From NCBI RefSeq assembly GCF_902652985.1, contig NC_047028.1:30752001-30816000 (forward strand): a stretch of 64,000 nucleotides of DNA. Direction: 5' to 3'. Shown in pieces: positions 27,666 to 42,530 of this stretch. Within the stretch, counting starts at the first letter, position 1. Each line of letters starts with the position of its first letter. The notes beneath the pieces were generated by a model. The model had not been told where the DNA came from and did not search any database. It saw only the letters and a list, made by a program, of their open reading frames with translations. A program made the translations under genes and the position numbers. This DNA is from Pecten maximus (taxonomy: Eukaryota).

Positions 27666-28469
27666 CAACATCAATTGAAAGCTGTCAATATAGAAAACAA
27701 CAGAATATGATAATCTTTAACAAATATTCTACTGTCAACGTTTCATATTATTTGGCTGAAAACTGTTGTAGAATTTATCGGGACAATAAACATGTCCGAT
27801 AATAACAACAGTGACATAACACACGATGTACCCAGTATAAACCAGCGTTATAATATGGCCTGTTACATTGTAAAAAATCTATAAATTTTCTGGAGAAGTG
27901 AATTCTTATTCTGGACAAATTCTCCAGTTCGCTGCAGTAGACAGCAAGCACTATTGCCAGTTTTTAGCCAGGTCTCAAAATGCCTGCTGTATGTAGAAAA
28001 AGTTTATGAAGTAACAAAGAACAATTAATAAAGTCACATTAGACAAAATTTCTAATAGGAGTCTGATGAGTGAAAGCGAAAATGTTTATGTAATAATATA
28101 ACACTTCTTTTCAAGATTTTTTTTTTCTTTTTTTAATTAGATATACTTGTTGTGACATTAATGTAGCAAATGTTTATGTAATAATATAACACTTCTTTTC
28201 ATGATTTTTTTTTATTTTTTAATTATATATATTTGTTGTGACATTAATAAGTAAATGTTTACTCCATCATCATAGGGACGTGATGTCACACTACATCTTT
28301 TTAAATAAACAGTCTGAAGAATTGCCAAGATGCGATGAAAGTATACTATAGATGTAATGTCGAGTTTTTCTTTTTCTTTATATATCTATAGATATCAGGT
28401 CAATTTTTTTACGATCAAAAATTCAACGATGAACAGGGTAAAGCTACTTTCAAAATTAGGACGTGACCC

Positions 28470-30341
28470 AAACAAGAGGCCCATGGGCCTTAACGGTCAT
28501 CTGACAAACACTTACACTCACAGCAGGGACACACACCCCAATCCAGCATTATTACCATAAATTATTTATCGCAGCCAGTTATGTTTTAGATCAAATTTGG
28601 TTTTTATCCATTTAGCTTGTCCAGGAAGAGCAGCATCATAAAGCAAAATTTTAGCCAAGTTCCCATTTTTGTGGCATGCCCCTCTGTCCCAATGGGTCAG
28701 ACAAGACTCATTTATATCAATTAGGATTGCCTTTCCCCAATGATGTTTCATACTAAATATGGTTGTAATCAATTCAGGCATTAAGGAGGAATTGCATTTT
28801 TAAGAAATGTTTAACCTAAGCGCTCCTTTTGCCCCATCTTTTTTTCCCCAGGGGTCAAACCTGTCTCATTAAAAAATATGATTGCCGTCACCTTATGTTT
28901 CACATCAAATTTGGTTGTAATCCACCAAAAGGTTAGGGAGGATTAGGATTTAACAGCAAATATTCACCAAAGTTCCCCTTTTGGGGCCCTGCCCCTCAGG
29001 CCCCAGGGGTCACACTAGCCTCGTTTATATAAAATATGACCATCCTTCCCAAAGGATGTTTCACACCATATTTCGTATTAATCCACCTAACGGTTAGAGA
29101 GAAGTAGGATTTATAGCAAAAATTCACCAAAGTTCCCCTTTTGGGGCCCCGCCCCTCTGGCCCTAGGGGTCAAACCAGCCTCATTTATATAAAATATGAT
29201 TGTCCTCCTCCAATGATGTTTCACACCAAATTTGGTAATAATTCACTATGGGTGTTAGGAGGAGTAGGATTTTACAGCAAAATTTCATCAAAGTTCCCCT
29301 TTTGGGGCCCCGCCCCTCTGGCCCCAGGGGCCACACCAGCCTCATTTATATAAAATATGACCACCCTCCACCAATGATGTTTCACACAATATCTGGTTGA
29401 AATCCACCAAAGGGTTAAGGACGAGTAGGATTTTATAGCAAAATTTCATCAAAGTTCCCTTTTTTGGGCCCGTCACTCTGGCCCCAGGGCTCACACCAGC
29501 CTCATTTATATAAAATATGACCACCCTCCCCCAATGATGTTTCACAACATATCTGGTTGAAATCTACTAAAGGGTTAAGGAGGAGTAGGATTTTATAGCA
29601 AAATTTCATCAAAGTTCCCCATTTGGGGCCCCACCCCTCAGGCCCCAGGGGTCACACTAGCCTCATTTATATAAAATATGACCCCCCTCCCCAAATGATG
29701 TTTCACAACATATCTGGTTGAAATCCACTAAAGGGTTAAGGAGGAGTAGGATTTTATAGCAAAATTTCATCAAAGTTCCCCATTTGGGGCCCCGCCCCTC
29801 AGGCCCTAGTGGTCACACCAGCCTCATTTATATAAAATATGACCGCCCTCCCCAAATGATGTTTCACAACATATCTGGTTGAAATCCACTAAAGGGTTAA
29901 GGAGGAGTAGGATTTTATAGCAAAATTTCATCAAAGTTCCCCTTTTGGGGCCCCGCCCCTCAGGCCCCAGGGGTCACACCAACTTCATTTATATAAAATA
30001 TGACCGCCCTCCCCCAATGATGTTTCACACCAAATTTAGTTGTACTCCACCTAAGGGTAAAGGAGGAGTAGGATTTTATAGCAATATTCACCTAAGTTCC
30101 CTTTTTGGGGCCCCGCCCTTCTGGCCCCAGGGGTCAGACCAGCCTCATTTATATAAAATATGATTGCCCTCCCCCAATGATGCTTCAAACCAAATTTGGA
30201 AGTAATCCACCCAAGCGTTAAGGAGGAGTAGCCTTTTGAAAGAAAAAGTTTACGGACGGCGCACGGCGCACGGCGGACGACGACGGACGAAGCACGATGA
30301 CTATAGGTCATCCTGACCCTTTGGGTCAGATGACCTAAAAA
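28470..30341 (+). mobile_element. HINE with an internal ~161-bp tandem array (~8 intact and ~2 decayed units)
   Basis: 5' AACAAGAGGCCCATGGGCCT, sub-terminal GGTCATCTGAC, GACG/CACGG microsatellite, 3' hairpin TAGGTCATC(C)TGACCC-TTT-GGGTCAGATGACCTA followed by an A-run. Confidence 0.88.
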
Positions 30342-31147
30342 TAAACCAATACTTTTTTTCTGGTAAACTTTTATACCGATGAATTTACCACAACAGTGTG
30401 GAAAATAAAACAACAGCTTGCCTTTCTTCACAAATTTTTATTACTGAATTCAATTTAATGTCAAAGGTCCTTGTCACAAGAGTTGACAGTGGAGGTCCCA
30501 GGGAAAATGGGTCGAAAAGGTCACAGTTCTATATATCAGGTCTCAAACATAATTATAGAAAGGTACATGTGGAGGGTACTTTAAAAATATAAACTGAATA
30601 AGTACAATTTAGGTATAGTCATTGGAACATCAAATGCATTAGTGCACTCATAAACGATTCAACAGAATCTTTTTTTTTCCAGAAGATGTACTTCTGAAAT
30701 AAACACTTTTCATATTTAGCTCATTAAGATAAGAATACTGCTAACTTAAAAAGTTTCTCTTATCACATTTTTGAAACTTGTCTGGGTTTCCATTAAAGTA
30801 CAACAGCATAGTTGCAAACTGTTACATCCCTTAAAATTAAGCTCTCTGAAAAGTACATTTTTACAAATTTTAAAATTTTAAAATTTTAAAATTCAAAGAA
30901 TTTTGTTTATGAATAACTTTTTGTCTTAATTTCAGGGAAAAAAACAAAAGTAATTTAACAACAACTCTTGAGCTCTCCCCAACAAAATAAGGAGGGTAAG
31001 CACTTTTTGAGCAATGGATCTAAATGCATCACTTTAAGGTGAAGTGTTGACGTCGTTGACGCCTCTACCAGAAACACCAGTCTCCCTTCACAACTTGGTC
31101 ACAGACGTGACAAAAATGGAAAATCCTTCACCTTGGTATGCAGCAAA

Positions 31148-31626
31148 CTAATATAAATATTCCTGATCAAACAAGAAAGATTTTAAGGAGTCTGTCATAT
31201 TTCTTGTATTGGGCTCCTCTCCTTTGGCACCACCGGCCCTGACACAGCATGCAAAGGCTAGACACAATGTTTGTACAAAATTGATTCCCCTACACACAAA
31301 GATATATCAGACTAAATTTGGACAAAATACTGTAACTCCTACAGGACAAGAAGGATTTTAAAAAATTTCCGAACTAAATTTCCCCGCTTTAAAAGCCTGA
31401 TCCGTCGAGCCCCTAGGGGGCCCAAACCAACTGTTTATACAAAATTGATTTCCATACACCCAGCATGCTTCAGATCAAATTTGTGAAATTCCACTTTGAT
31501 CAGCCACTCTGGAAAAGTAGCAATTAAAAAAAAAGTTTACGAATGCCTATCGCTGAAAGGACTGATGGGTACAATTTACAACGGTCCAAAGCACAGCCTC
31601 ACTAGTCCTTTCGACCCGAGCTAAAA
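31148..31626 (+). mobile_element. Old, degenerate HINE
   Basis: AACAAG start, two decayed units resembling the 157/161-bp repeats, ...gagctaaaa end. Confidence 0.5.
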
Positions 31627-31982
31627 TTTCCCTAATCCTAACTAAATCATATCGTTGGTTCTTAGTTTAGAACCCAAGCATCGCACCACATTGCATGACA
31701 TGCTCCAAACATCTAAGTAACTTTGACACTTCATTTGTTTTGTGCTGCACCGACATGCAATTGCCGTTAATGCCTATCTTTCGATTCTGAACCCGGTAGT
31801 TTTTTATGTCCATGTTGAAATCAATGAATTCAATGCCATTGCAATCTTAGTGCACATTATCGACAAAGTGTTTAGTCTAAAAAAAATTCTAACCAAAGCT
31901 GGATTAAAATTGAGTGCTGACTAATGGAGACACTCTTACATCTATCAAGCAGGATATGGTTCAATGTACCACATTTATCATC

Positions 31983-32404
31983 AAATTAGCCCCCTCCTCT
32001 TAGTGTGAAAATTTAGTACTGTATTCATCCTCAAATAAGCCTCCTCCCCTAGTGTAAAAGTTTAGTACCATATTTTTCCTCAATTAATCTCTCTCCCCTA
32101 GTGTAAAAGTTTAGTACTGAATTTATCCTCAAACAAAACCCTTTCCCTAGTGTGAAAGTTTAGTACCATATTCATCCTCAAATTAGCCCCCTCCCCTAGT
32201 GTAAAAGTTCAGTACCATATTTTTCCTCAAATTAGCCCCCTCTCCTAATGTAAACGTTTAGTACCATATTTATCCTCAAATTAGCCCCTCTCCTAATGTA
32301 AATGTTTAGTACCATATTCATCCTCAAATTAGCCCCCTCCCCTAGTGTAAATGTTTAGTACCATATTTATCCTCAAATTAGCCCCCACCCCTAGTGTAAA
32401 AGTT
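31983..32404. repeat. 49-bp minisatellite (aaattagccccctcccctagtgtaaaagtttagtaccatattcatcctc), ~9 copies
   Basis: Direct periodicity. Confidence 0.9.
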
Positions 32405-33133
32405 GAAGTGTCTGGAGGGCTTGTGAAAACGCTTTTTTTTCGCAATGAAGAAGGGGTCTTCTCTGTGGACAGAAGCTTAAGCTTATTTGTAAACAGCTAG
32501 GGGCTAACTTGCAGATAAATATGGTAATTCAGAATTCAGTCAGAATTGCTGACAGATGTACGGATATGTGCAGTATTAAAATAAGGAAAAACATTACACC
32601 TATAAATTATCTTTATAATAATCATTTTATACAGGCTAGATTTACACATGAACTAAAATATCATAATACAGTAAAACTTGTTTACAACAAAAACTAAATT
32701 CCACATGATCAGAGGAAACATTTCCATATGCAAAAGTCAATTTACAGTTTTGAAATATGACAAAACTCCAGTGACAGTTTGAATCAGAGGATAATTTGAA
32801 CACATTTTTTTTTCTAATAAAAAACTTACTGAAGTGCAATATTTTTCAATTTTGTAAGTCTCTTTCTCAAGTGTTTCTTAAAAAGCTCTAAATCGCTAAA
32901 ACTATAGATTGGGTCATAAAACAATAAAAAAAAATATCAAGCTGCAGTAAACAGCAGAAGGTACCTCTTCTAAAATGTACACTTATATTATGTAATGTTT
33001 TTTTCTTATGTCATGGTGTTCAGATAAAACAACAAACTTTTGGAAATACAGAAAGGAAAAAAACACAAATATTTGTTTTATAAGAAGGAAGTAATAACTG
33101 CAACATACTCAAGCGTTACCGATAAGTTGGAAC

Positions 33134-33184
33134 TTTATTGTCTTCTAGTTTCGACCCTATCGCAGGTTCTTCATCAGGACCAAT
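33134..33184 (-). ncRNA. Degenerate minimal type-I hammerhead ribozyme (Penelope-like terminal remnant)
   Basis: Reverse complement reads attg(g)tc-CTGATGA-agaacctgcgatagggtc-GAAA-ctag-aa-gacaat-aaa. Both core boxes, stem I, stem II, a palindromic CTAG stem III and AATAAA are present; the UH cleavage site reads AA. Confidence 0.6.
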
Positions 33185-33505
33185 ATTTGTTTTGTTTTGA
33201 CTACTAACACAGCCTCAACACAAGTGTATAACCCCATCTGTTGGGTCTGTTTGTAGATAAAGTCTATATATGTATGAGGTAGACACATGATTCAGATGAC
33301 CCAGGAATGTCTTATCTAAATGTTATTAACCCATAACAATAGATACTGTAACAGGTGTTGTAGACTTGATTGATAGATCTATACTGCTATATATAGCATC
33401 AATCACAATACTGTTTTACTTATGTCACATTTTGCTGGATACAGTTTCAGTTCATACATTAAAAAGAGTCGACGTCATAAGTCGACAAAATATCTTTATA
33501 ATTGT

Positions 33506-34093
33506 AAAACAAGAGGCCCAATGGTCCAACATCTCTCAAATGGTTTATGATTTTTCTTCAATTCATCTTCAGAGGCATTTTCACAAAAATGACTCCCAGA
33601 AACCTACCCTTTAGTTATTCAAAAGAAACAGTTCCAGCTTTTAAATAAAATTATCCTTATGATCTTGAATATGGATCAGTTATTTACATTCTCAAACTTT
33701 GAAGTGTGTACATCCAAGGAACTTGCTACAAAATCTTGATTCTTGACCTTTAACTTAATAAGAAGAAGTTCTTTCCGTGTTTTAACATACATTTTTACCC
33801 TAGGCCTGTGAACTTGCATATATATATATATATATATAATAAAGGTAATTTCTTTTCAAAATCTTTCTCTCTTCCCCAGAATCTACCAACCAATATCATG
33901 ATTCTTGGCCTGTTGGCTAATCAAAGAAGTTATTTGAAAATTTTAACAAATTTGACCCCTGTGACCTTAGATATTAGTTAAGGTCATTTCTTTTCCAGCC
34001 TCTTTGTCAACCTACATTCCAGAAACATATATGTTTTAGCCAAATGGATGAGTGATGCAAGCTCATTTGCCTTTCCAGCAAGTTAGAGCTAAT
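33506..34093 (+). mobile_element. Old, degenerate HINE
   Basis: aaacaagaggcccaatggtcc 5' end and agctc...gagcta 3' hairpin remnant. Confidence 0.5.
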
Positions 34094-34771
34094 GAACTAG
34101 ATTTTATTTAAAGAAAATTTTTCTTATTTTTTTTAATTTTTTTTTTTAATTTGAAGAAAACTGATTGTAAAATCGCAAATGTTTTGGGAGTTGGTTTTAT
34201 ATCTTTAAAATCTATTTCATTGTTATAAGAAAAAATTGCCATTTTTTCACATGATAAAAACACATGATGAATTTGTTTTAGGAACAAAATCACCAACCAA
34301 AATTGGGTTTTGCAGTGCATTTCTTTCTGTTGAGGGGGTTTAACTGAAATACATTAGATAGAAGTAGTTTTGTTTGGCTTATGCACTAAATTATAAATAT
34401 GATGCTGGAGGCAAAAAAATACAGGCTACAGTGACCTACTTTAAGATACACCAACTTTATACATGGTCCATAAGTTTTAAGTTGTGTGCATCAGGAAATT
34501 TCTAAAAGACACACTGAAGTCAAGCCAATATGACAAATATGGACAGACATAGTGAGCAATGAATCTTTAGGATGAAAGTAGACTGGCCACCAGACCCTAA
34601 TTTTTTTTTTTTTTTTAAGAATTGCCAAGCTAAATTCTAATACCAGATTATCTGCCCCTAGTTTGAAACTTAGGATCAGACATATCCTAGGGATCAAAAT
34701 CATAATGCTCAATTTTATTTATAATTTTAATATTCTAGACACAGGGGGCCAGTCTAGGATAAAAGTAATGT

Positions 34772-34963
34772 CAGGGCTTTTTCTCACTGATTTATTTGGA
34801 AAAGGGCCTTTTTGTCTCATTTTGGGAAGAAAATTGGTAAATTGGAAAAGGTTTTTCAGAAGTAAACTGAAAATTTTGGGAATTTGGCTTAAATATGAAT
34901 AATTTCAATTGGGAATGGGGCCCATTAACGGCCCCAAAAAGCGAGCCCCCAGAAAAAGCCCTG
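34772..34963. mobile_element. 192-bp MITE, hAT-like, with 5-bp TSD
   Basis: TIR CAGGGCTTTTTCT/AGAAAAAGCCCTG; AATGT on both sides (34767-34771, 34964-34968). Confidence 0.75.
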
Positions 34964-36169
34964 AATGTCCTATATTTGTTTACTAATCATGATAGAAACA
35001 GGACTTATTGAATTCAAACTTGTTGACAGACGACTGTCCATCAAAATGCCACACAATTGGTGTTGGGCCAAAAGAAACTCATATATATAATACAGCCACT
35101 ATATAGGGGCTTATTGGGATTGATTTTTGCATTATGCATGATTTTTTTTTAATATGATACCGTTTGAGAACCAAAATGTCAGAGATACATATAACTGTTG
35201 TCTGCATATATTTATTTGCTGAAAAGTCCACGATCACATCATCACTTGCAGACAGACTAGCTATCAAGCATCATGCAACAGTAAAATTGTGCCCATGTCT
35301 CTACACTCTTAATGGGCACTGTCGACTGGCATATAAGCAAAGATATGTACATCGCAGAATACTAAAGGCTGCAATCGGAATAAAAACACTTCCACCTATC
35401 CAGAATTCAATTTCCAATTGCTAACAAACTTGAAGGGCAAAACGAGGTACCATTCCTATGATATTTGATTTGTTAAAATTAGAATTGTCTGGAATTTGAG
35501 AATGAAAAGGTTATGTTCGAATTCACTCTTCCAATAGTGAAAATATCTACTAATTCATTTACAAATTATGCAGGGGCAGCAATATTTCATTCAATCGAGT
35601 ATCAGAGTGATACAACTTATTTCAGGTGAAGGGGAGTTGTGTTGTGAAATTCTGACCCACCCGAGGTGGTTTGTGTTTTCAGTAAGCTCATGAACCATCT
35701 TTTGCTGTTGTCTATCTCGTAGATAAGATTACTCTGCAATACTACTTAACTAAATCTTTACGTAAGCAACATGGAATTGCAATTACGAAACTGTGTATAT
35801 CTCACACAATCTTGCTATAGAAACCCACAAAAGTAGAAACATTGCCCAAATATATAACGATATTGTAATAACTGTGACTAAAATGAGATTGAGGATGAAT
35901 TTCATTTTCTATCATTTACATGTCCTAGACATTCAGAATTATACAGAATTTTACCATATTAACAAACATAATTCATATAAGTCATCTTCTGTCTTAAAAG
36001 CTTTAGATTTACTGAATACAAATAATTTAAGAGAATTGAATAGATTAGGAAAATATATCATAGAGGCAAATAAACACAGAAAACTGTAGCACATACTGCA
36101 GTTATAATGAATTGTAAATATTGATATTCTATATATTTATTGTTGGTCTGGATCTGAGGAGTGTGGTTT

Positions 36170-36400
36170 GACGCCCCCTATCCGTGTTGGTTTGTGTTTC
36201 TTGGAAAGATGAGAAATGTGCCGGCCTGTGCTGTCATGGTTGTGTCCTTGGGCAAGATACTTTACCCTTATTGCTCTAGATGACATGCAACATGCCTTCC
36301 GTATGTCGTTCAGTGGGGTAGTCACCAACTACTACAAGGAGACCCCACCTTAAAATGACCCTGGCTGTTTATGGGGTGATAAACCCAGCAAACAAACAAA
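36170..36400 (+). mobile_element. CORE-type SINE
   Basis: gttgtgtccttgggcaagatactttaccc core; tail aaatgaccctggctgtt..(aaac)n. Confidence 0.8.
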
Positions 36401-37917
36401 TACTACAACTATTATATAGTATAACATACAACGGGCTTCCTTTTGTTGTTCATGGAGGTAGCCACCAGCTACTACACATATTTGTCAACTCAAAACGATC
36501 CTGACAAGGTGATCAATCCAGTATACATACAACTTGAAGTGTGTTACTTAATGATGACTTAAAATCTCTTTGCAGATCAAATCAATATATTTTTTAACAA
36601 TAAAAATCCTATGTCCTCTTCATGGGTTTATTTTTTACCTTTTTGATGACTGAAATTGGTAAGTTTATATATAATTGTAAAATTCAATAATTGGCATAAT
36701 AGGGATCAATATCTTAACAGCTGATAACTGATCTTTGATATTGACATATCCCTGTCAGCTCTTATTGGCAATATATGCAAGCAGCATATACCACTATATC
36801 AGGTTTTTATCACAATAATTACATAACTTTTTATTACTGTTTACCCTTCAGATGCTACATCAAAAAAAAAATCATTTGACTCAAACTCATTTCACGTCAG
36901 GGTCATATCTATGTCAGAAGGGTGATGAAAATGACGTCGACTGACATGGCCATGCATGTTTGTGATTTGCTGTGTGGATGGTCTTTCAGAGAACTTATGG
37001 TGGTTGAGTTTTTCCAAGTTACCGAAACCATTATTATATTCTCATAGTAAACTTTTCTGGTTTAAAGAGTCATGAATCATCATCAGTATTACATGAATAT
37101 GAACGTGTACCATGTATATGTAACTGTCTACATCTTCAGAGTAAGTCGCCTCAAAATCCTCATTTTTTTCTGATATATATCTACAGACCATTTTAACAAG
37201 AAATATGAAGCGATTATATCAAAGTCATTCCTCTTTGACTTGTAGAGTTTTACTTCTATTATCAATTAGCCTTAATTTCACACATTGAAATATCTTAAAC
37301 TGCAAACCCTAGAACTGATGAAATCATTTATGGTTCAATCATCGTTTAATCAAAAGTATAGCTGTTTATGGAAGGGGTTTAGGGTGGTATGTCATGACAG
37401 CTGATCCTTTCCTTCAACTGTTTTACATAACATGAGGAAGTTGTTGTGTTTTTATCTTATGTAAACATCTAGTATTTCTTAGTTTATATCATCAACAAAA
37501 TGTAGTTATCGACAATACAGTGATTCTTTAATAGTACGACTGACACTTGCTTTCCCTAAAGATCCAGCCATTGGAATGTCACAAGCTTAAAGCGAACACA
37601 TGCTGACACCTGCAGAGAGATTATTCCAACACGCGCACCGGTTACCCCCATAGTACACGTGAAACGTAACACGCTGTCACTCAATTGAAATCTACATCGA
37701 TTTTCTGAATTAACATATAAGTTAAAGTAACGATTTATGAATTATCATCATCTAAGCAGTAATTGTATGGCCTCGGGGTGATGACTACAGGTGTAGCGGA
37801 CCGTGACACGACAGAGATGTTATCGGAGTCGCTGGGGCAGCATTTTCATCCCAACGTCTTCAGCCGACTGCCCGTTGGGCATTTCATGCATTCTGCATTC
37901 AGACAACATTAACTTAC

Positions 37918-38070
37918 CTGCTACAATATCTCACGGCGTTCCTCGATACACACGCCGACTTTCCAACCCCTCAATATCCCTCACTCTGTTTCCTGGTGAA
38001 CACAAACAGTACAAGTTCCACTTTCACCGTCCAACCAAGTAAGTTTCCGCCATAGCGGAAATGTACCGTG
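37918..38070 (-). promoter_or_regulatory. Putative promoter and non-coding first exon of an unidentified minus-strand gene running leftwards
   Basis: CpG-rich island at ~37600-38160, YY1-like ATGGCGG at 38053-38047, short uORF MAETYLVGR*, consensus donor CAG|GTAAGT at 37917-37912. Confidence 0.55.
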
Positions 38071-38885
38071 TTAGTTGTGTATTGTGGGAATTAACAGTGA
38101 AGATCGGGGGTCATCTCAAAAGGCATTACGATAACCCAATTATAACGGTACAAGCGCTGGTTCATTAACCATTCCATTACAGGTGTATTGCATTAGTCAT
38201 TTGCATTTAATCAATTTTATTTCATTTTTTAAAGAATTGATTTTATTGAAGATAACTTTGTAACAGATTGGAAATTTAATTTTACTGGATTGCGTACTGA
38301 TATCGATTTTTATGTGATTAATGGGGACAAATCATGACACGGAGCATAAAATTACATCAAAATAGATCTTTTGTTAATTTTTTTAACAAGTGGGAAGGAT
38401 TTATGGGAGGAGGCAGACATTAATTAATTGGTTACAAAGCCAAAGATCATTATAGGTGCAGTGTTAAATGTGCATACGGCGTACATTAATTGTATCACAT
38501 GTTCAGCAGTAAAATCTTGCAGTTGTCTTGTGATCTGCTTTTTCTCACAAGAAAAAAATGCGACGAGCACCGTAGAAGATATTTTATGTAACTACGGACG
38601 CGTAAATACTGTACCGTGTTGTTTTGATTAGGGTCGATCGTTATGGAGAGTAATGTACATAAAGTATCTATAATCTAGTTACCACTAGACTGTGGCAAGA
38701 AGCCGGGTGATATTGATTCATAGATTGTGGAGTGATGTCACAGTCATTATTTTCCGTGTGCCATTGTTTTTTCGCGGGTTAATTCTAAATTTTGGAGATT
38801 AATTATTCGCGAGAATTAACACACACGAAGAGAATAACTTCAGAATTTTTTTATTTATTTATTTTTAATTTAGAATTAGCCCACT

Positions 38886-38911
38886 CAGAGACGTATATAT
38901 ACAAGTCTCTG
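38886..38911. mobile_element. 26-bp TIR remnant with 7-bp TSD (P-element-like footprint)
   Basis: GCCCACT|CAGAGAC...GTCTCTG|GCCCACT. Confidence 0.7.
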
Positions 38912-41900
38912 GCCCACTATGGATGGATATAAGCAGGGTTTTTTTTGGACCAGGGTATTTGAGTCCTGACGTCATTCTTTTCCTGTAGGACTCGCTCAAA
39001 TTCTGAGTCCCCACTATATCTCTGGGACTCTTCAAAATTCTGAAAATAGTTTTCTCGGCTTGAATGGGAAAAAATCCTAAGCTTAAAATGATATAATTAA
39101 GGCCTTGTCAATCATTTCTCGTAAATATACTACAAAATATGTTAAAAGTAACAAGAAATATCTTTTTAAAAAGATAAACGGCATAGTTTTAATGCAGGTG
39201 GTTTTAATGTAAACTACTGGTGGAATAAGTTAACGAACTAATGCATTTCAGCACGGATAACAAAATTATATCAGTTTGAATCAGTTTTGGTGATAATAAG
39301 ACTGAATTTGAATCAGGAATATAATTTTATCAATGTGTCATTTGAACGGATACATCCACTTATTCAGCTTGTATTCAATCTTAACTTTGTTTCGTTTTAA
39401 TATAAACTTTATTTTATTCATTCAATTCATACATATACAATACACAATCATACAATCATAATTTGAATGGGATTCGGAAACAAGTATAAGACTTATATTA
39501 ATCCGTTTCCTTTTATGACACATTGAGTAAACGGCAGCAAGTGGGAGAATACGTAAGTGAGCAATGTAATACTTGTATAGGTGAAAATGGGGAAATTCGG
39601 AAAAGAGGAGAGATGAAAAGATTAGAAGAAAAAGATTAGAGAGGAATTTAATGTCATGACATGAGATATACAGCCTGCCGTAACAGCTGTGTACTGGACT
39701 AGAAAAAAAACAATCATTCAAATCTTTTAGAAATAATTATAAATTCTTGAACACTGGAAAAAATCAAAAGAGTTTCATCATACGTGAGTTCGTTATCACC
39801 GAAGAGTAGTATTTCTCATAGTGTCTCATAATTCCAATGTGGAATGGACGTCAGATTTAAATGTTGTGTAGATATGAATCTTTTAAGTTTTAAGAGTGGT
39901 TTTTACACTAACTCTTTTTATACTCTGTATTTATATTGTGAATCTGATGTGTGGCATTTTAATAAAATATTTGAACTTGAGTATTTCAGTTGATAAGGGA
40001 TAGTTTAGAGCACTAAAACAACGTAAGCGAAACTGCGCGAAAAGTGGACAACGTAATAGAAAATGTTCATTAGTCTTTGCTAATCGAAATATAGGGATCA
40101 GTTTAAGATGAATATAGAGATAAATATAATCTTATTAAGAATTTACACAAATAACATTTTGATGAACCTTCAACAAACTCATCCATCTTTGGATAAAGTT
40201 ATCATTTAAACGTTTGTTTAAAAAGGTAAAATATTTTATCGTTATCATTGACTTAATCAAAAATCATCAAAACCAGAAGACAACAGTAAATTTAAGACCT
40301 GACAACGCCAGCTACAGCCGATAGACAATTAAGTATACATTAATTGTGCATGGAATGGTATCCCTCTGAAGGTAATGTTGTAAATTGAGTGGGTTTTTTC
40401 TTTCCTTTTTTTTTTAAATTCTAATTTTGTTTGTTTGTTTGGTTGTTTTTTTAATTGCATACAGAACAAACATAACACATTAGAAATACCGTGATTGAAA
40501 ATTGATACTTCCGTTTTTAGATGAAAATCAGATGCTTCCATTCTATGTCTCTGGATAAGATACATATTAAAATATGCATTATAACTGTCCATGACAAAAT
40601 TGACGAGTATATAGCAAAATACTTTAGAAGACAAGATCACTATTATTTTTAGTACATTTTCATGGTATTCTCAATCAAACGTCTTTTTGTTTTGTTTTGT
40701 GTATACGTGTTTAATTTTTTCTCTCTGAAGTCTCGCTGCCAATCTCAGTCCTTACACGTACTTTACCGTAATGAAATAGAGTAACTTAACCACAACACTT
40801 AAAATTCAATATTTACACACATTCCATGTAAAACCCTCAAAATAGGGGGGGGGGGGGGGGGGGGGTATCGGTAAGACCTATATCAACATTTTTCATTAAA
40901 TCGCTTATATCTGTCACAACATGGCGCGATATCTAATTTAATACTTCATTTAGTCAGGCTAACAGATAGCATGGATTATTTTAAAGTTTCACAGAAAAAA
41001 AAACTAATAAAACTCGTCTCCGCTACTGGCAATTCAATCATGGATGAAAAGCTATCTTCCCATCTTCCAAGTGACAAACTGGCATAATCAAAGCTAGTTC
41101 TTTTTTAACTTGATCTGGAAAGAAGTTTTTACAATAAAAATCTGGTCACAAATCTTGGAGATCACGATACTGATGCTGAGATGATCAAAACGATACCGAG
41201 GTCGATCCTCGAGATGGTGGTGGTGGTGGTGAGGCTACTACCAGTTTTTAGAACTGTCGTCACACTGAGATAAGCGACGTCACTATCAATTAGGGTGGCT
41301 AACTGGTTAAATTAATAATTTAATCACACTGCAATGTTTTTTTCTGCCATTTATACCACTGTGAATACCATTGCTTGTTAGGTCAATGCTTATATTTATA
41401 CTTTCTGCGATATTTGTTGTCTTGTATATAATTTTAAATTGATTAAGCCACGACAAAGTATCAATTGCGGACAGCTTGGTCCATTAGTCGAGACAGCATG
41501 CGCAACTTTGGTTGTGAACTGTCACTCTCCTAAAGGTATGTATTATTATACTCGGCACGTGCCGGATGGCATTAACAGACTTGTAAGTCACATTTATTTC
41601 TAGTTCGTTTAATTCGTGGCATTGTCAAGCGAACGTAAATGTTCTCTGGCTGAACATAGTCTCTGTATAACAAAGGAAGGATGAAAAAAAAACAGATTAT
41701 CATAGTTTCTGCTGTATACGATAATATGAAAATGGAAGCAAGCTTACTGTGTGAATTGAGATAAAAATTGGAGGTACCGTAAATGTTTTACAATAATGAT
41801 TTATCAGGAAACATTATGGATGCAAGTTTATAAATAATCCCTATATCCATATCAATTATGAATATACACATGAACTACAACAAAAATATTTTAATTCATC

Positions 41901-42279
41901 AGTTCCTGGCAATGGATGAAGTTACTGTTCATAAATTATAATAGAACCAATCGCCTGTCCAGTAATCATGTAGCAGTATTTAAAACTTTTTGAAACAGTT
42001 CCTGCATTTATAACATGTTGTGGCAATTTGATCCAAAGATCGACTACTCCATCTGGAAAAAGTTTCTCGTAACACCGTTATCATATATATTATTCAGTAT
42101 TTTGGAGAAAAAAAAACCCCGCTTAGCATGTCTCCTCATGTCTTTCAAGACATACATTTAAAAAATGTCCATCTCTCTATACGTTCATAATATGTAAGGT
42201 TCTTGAACCCGGAATTAGTTGTGTTGCTCTTCTTTGCACCTTATTGCGTACCCCAAATGTGACTGAACTACAGTAACTA

Positions 42280-42530
42280 TTTTAATCCCCCGCTTTTACC
42301 GAAACGGGGGTATTGATTTTGGTTCGTCCGTCCGGTCGTCTGTCACGCTTCGTTTCCGTGTAATAACCGCGACGAATATTATCGGATTTTTTTTTTAAAC
42401 TTGGCAACAACATTAAATGCCTAAATAGACAGAGTATGGCCCATTGATTAAAAAAAATGTGTTCATGCAATAAATCCCCCAAATATTTTCCGATCATCAT
42501 CAAATTTAAGAGTTATCGCCTCTTGATTTA
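42280..42530 (-). mobile_element. HINE 3'-end fragment
   Basis: T-run, hairpin atcccccg..cgggggtat, (cgtc)n microsatellite. Confidence 0.55.

Noticed and set aside
41208-41232. His6 plus XhoI-like sequence on the minus strand (possible vector contamination)
   Set aside because: It is a (TGG)n microsatellite beside CTCGAG. The order differs from pET tags and there is no other vector sequence.
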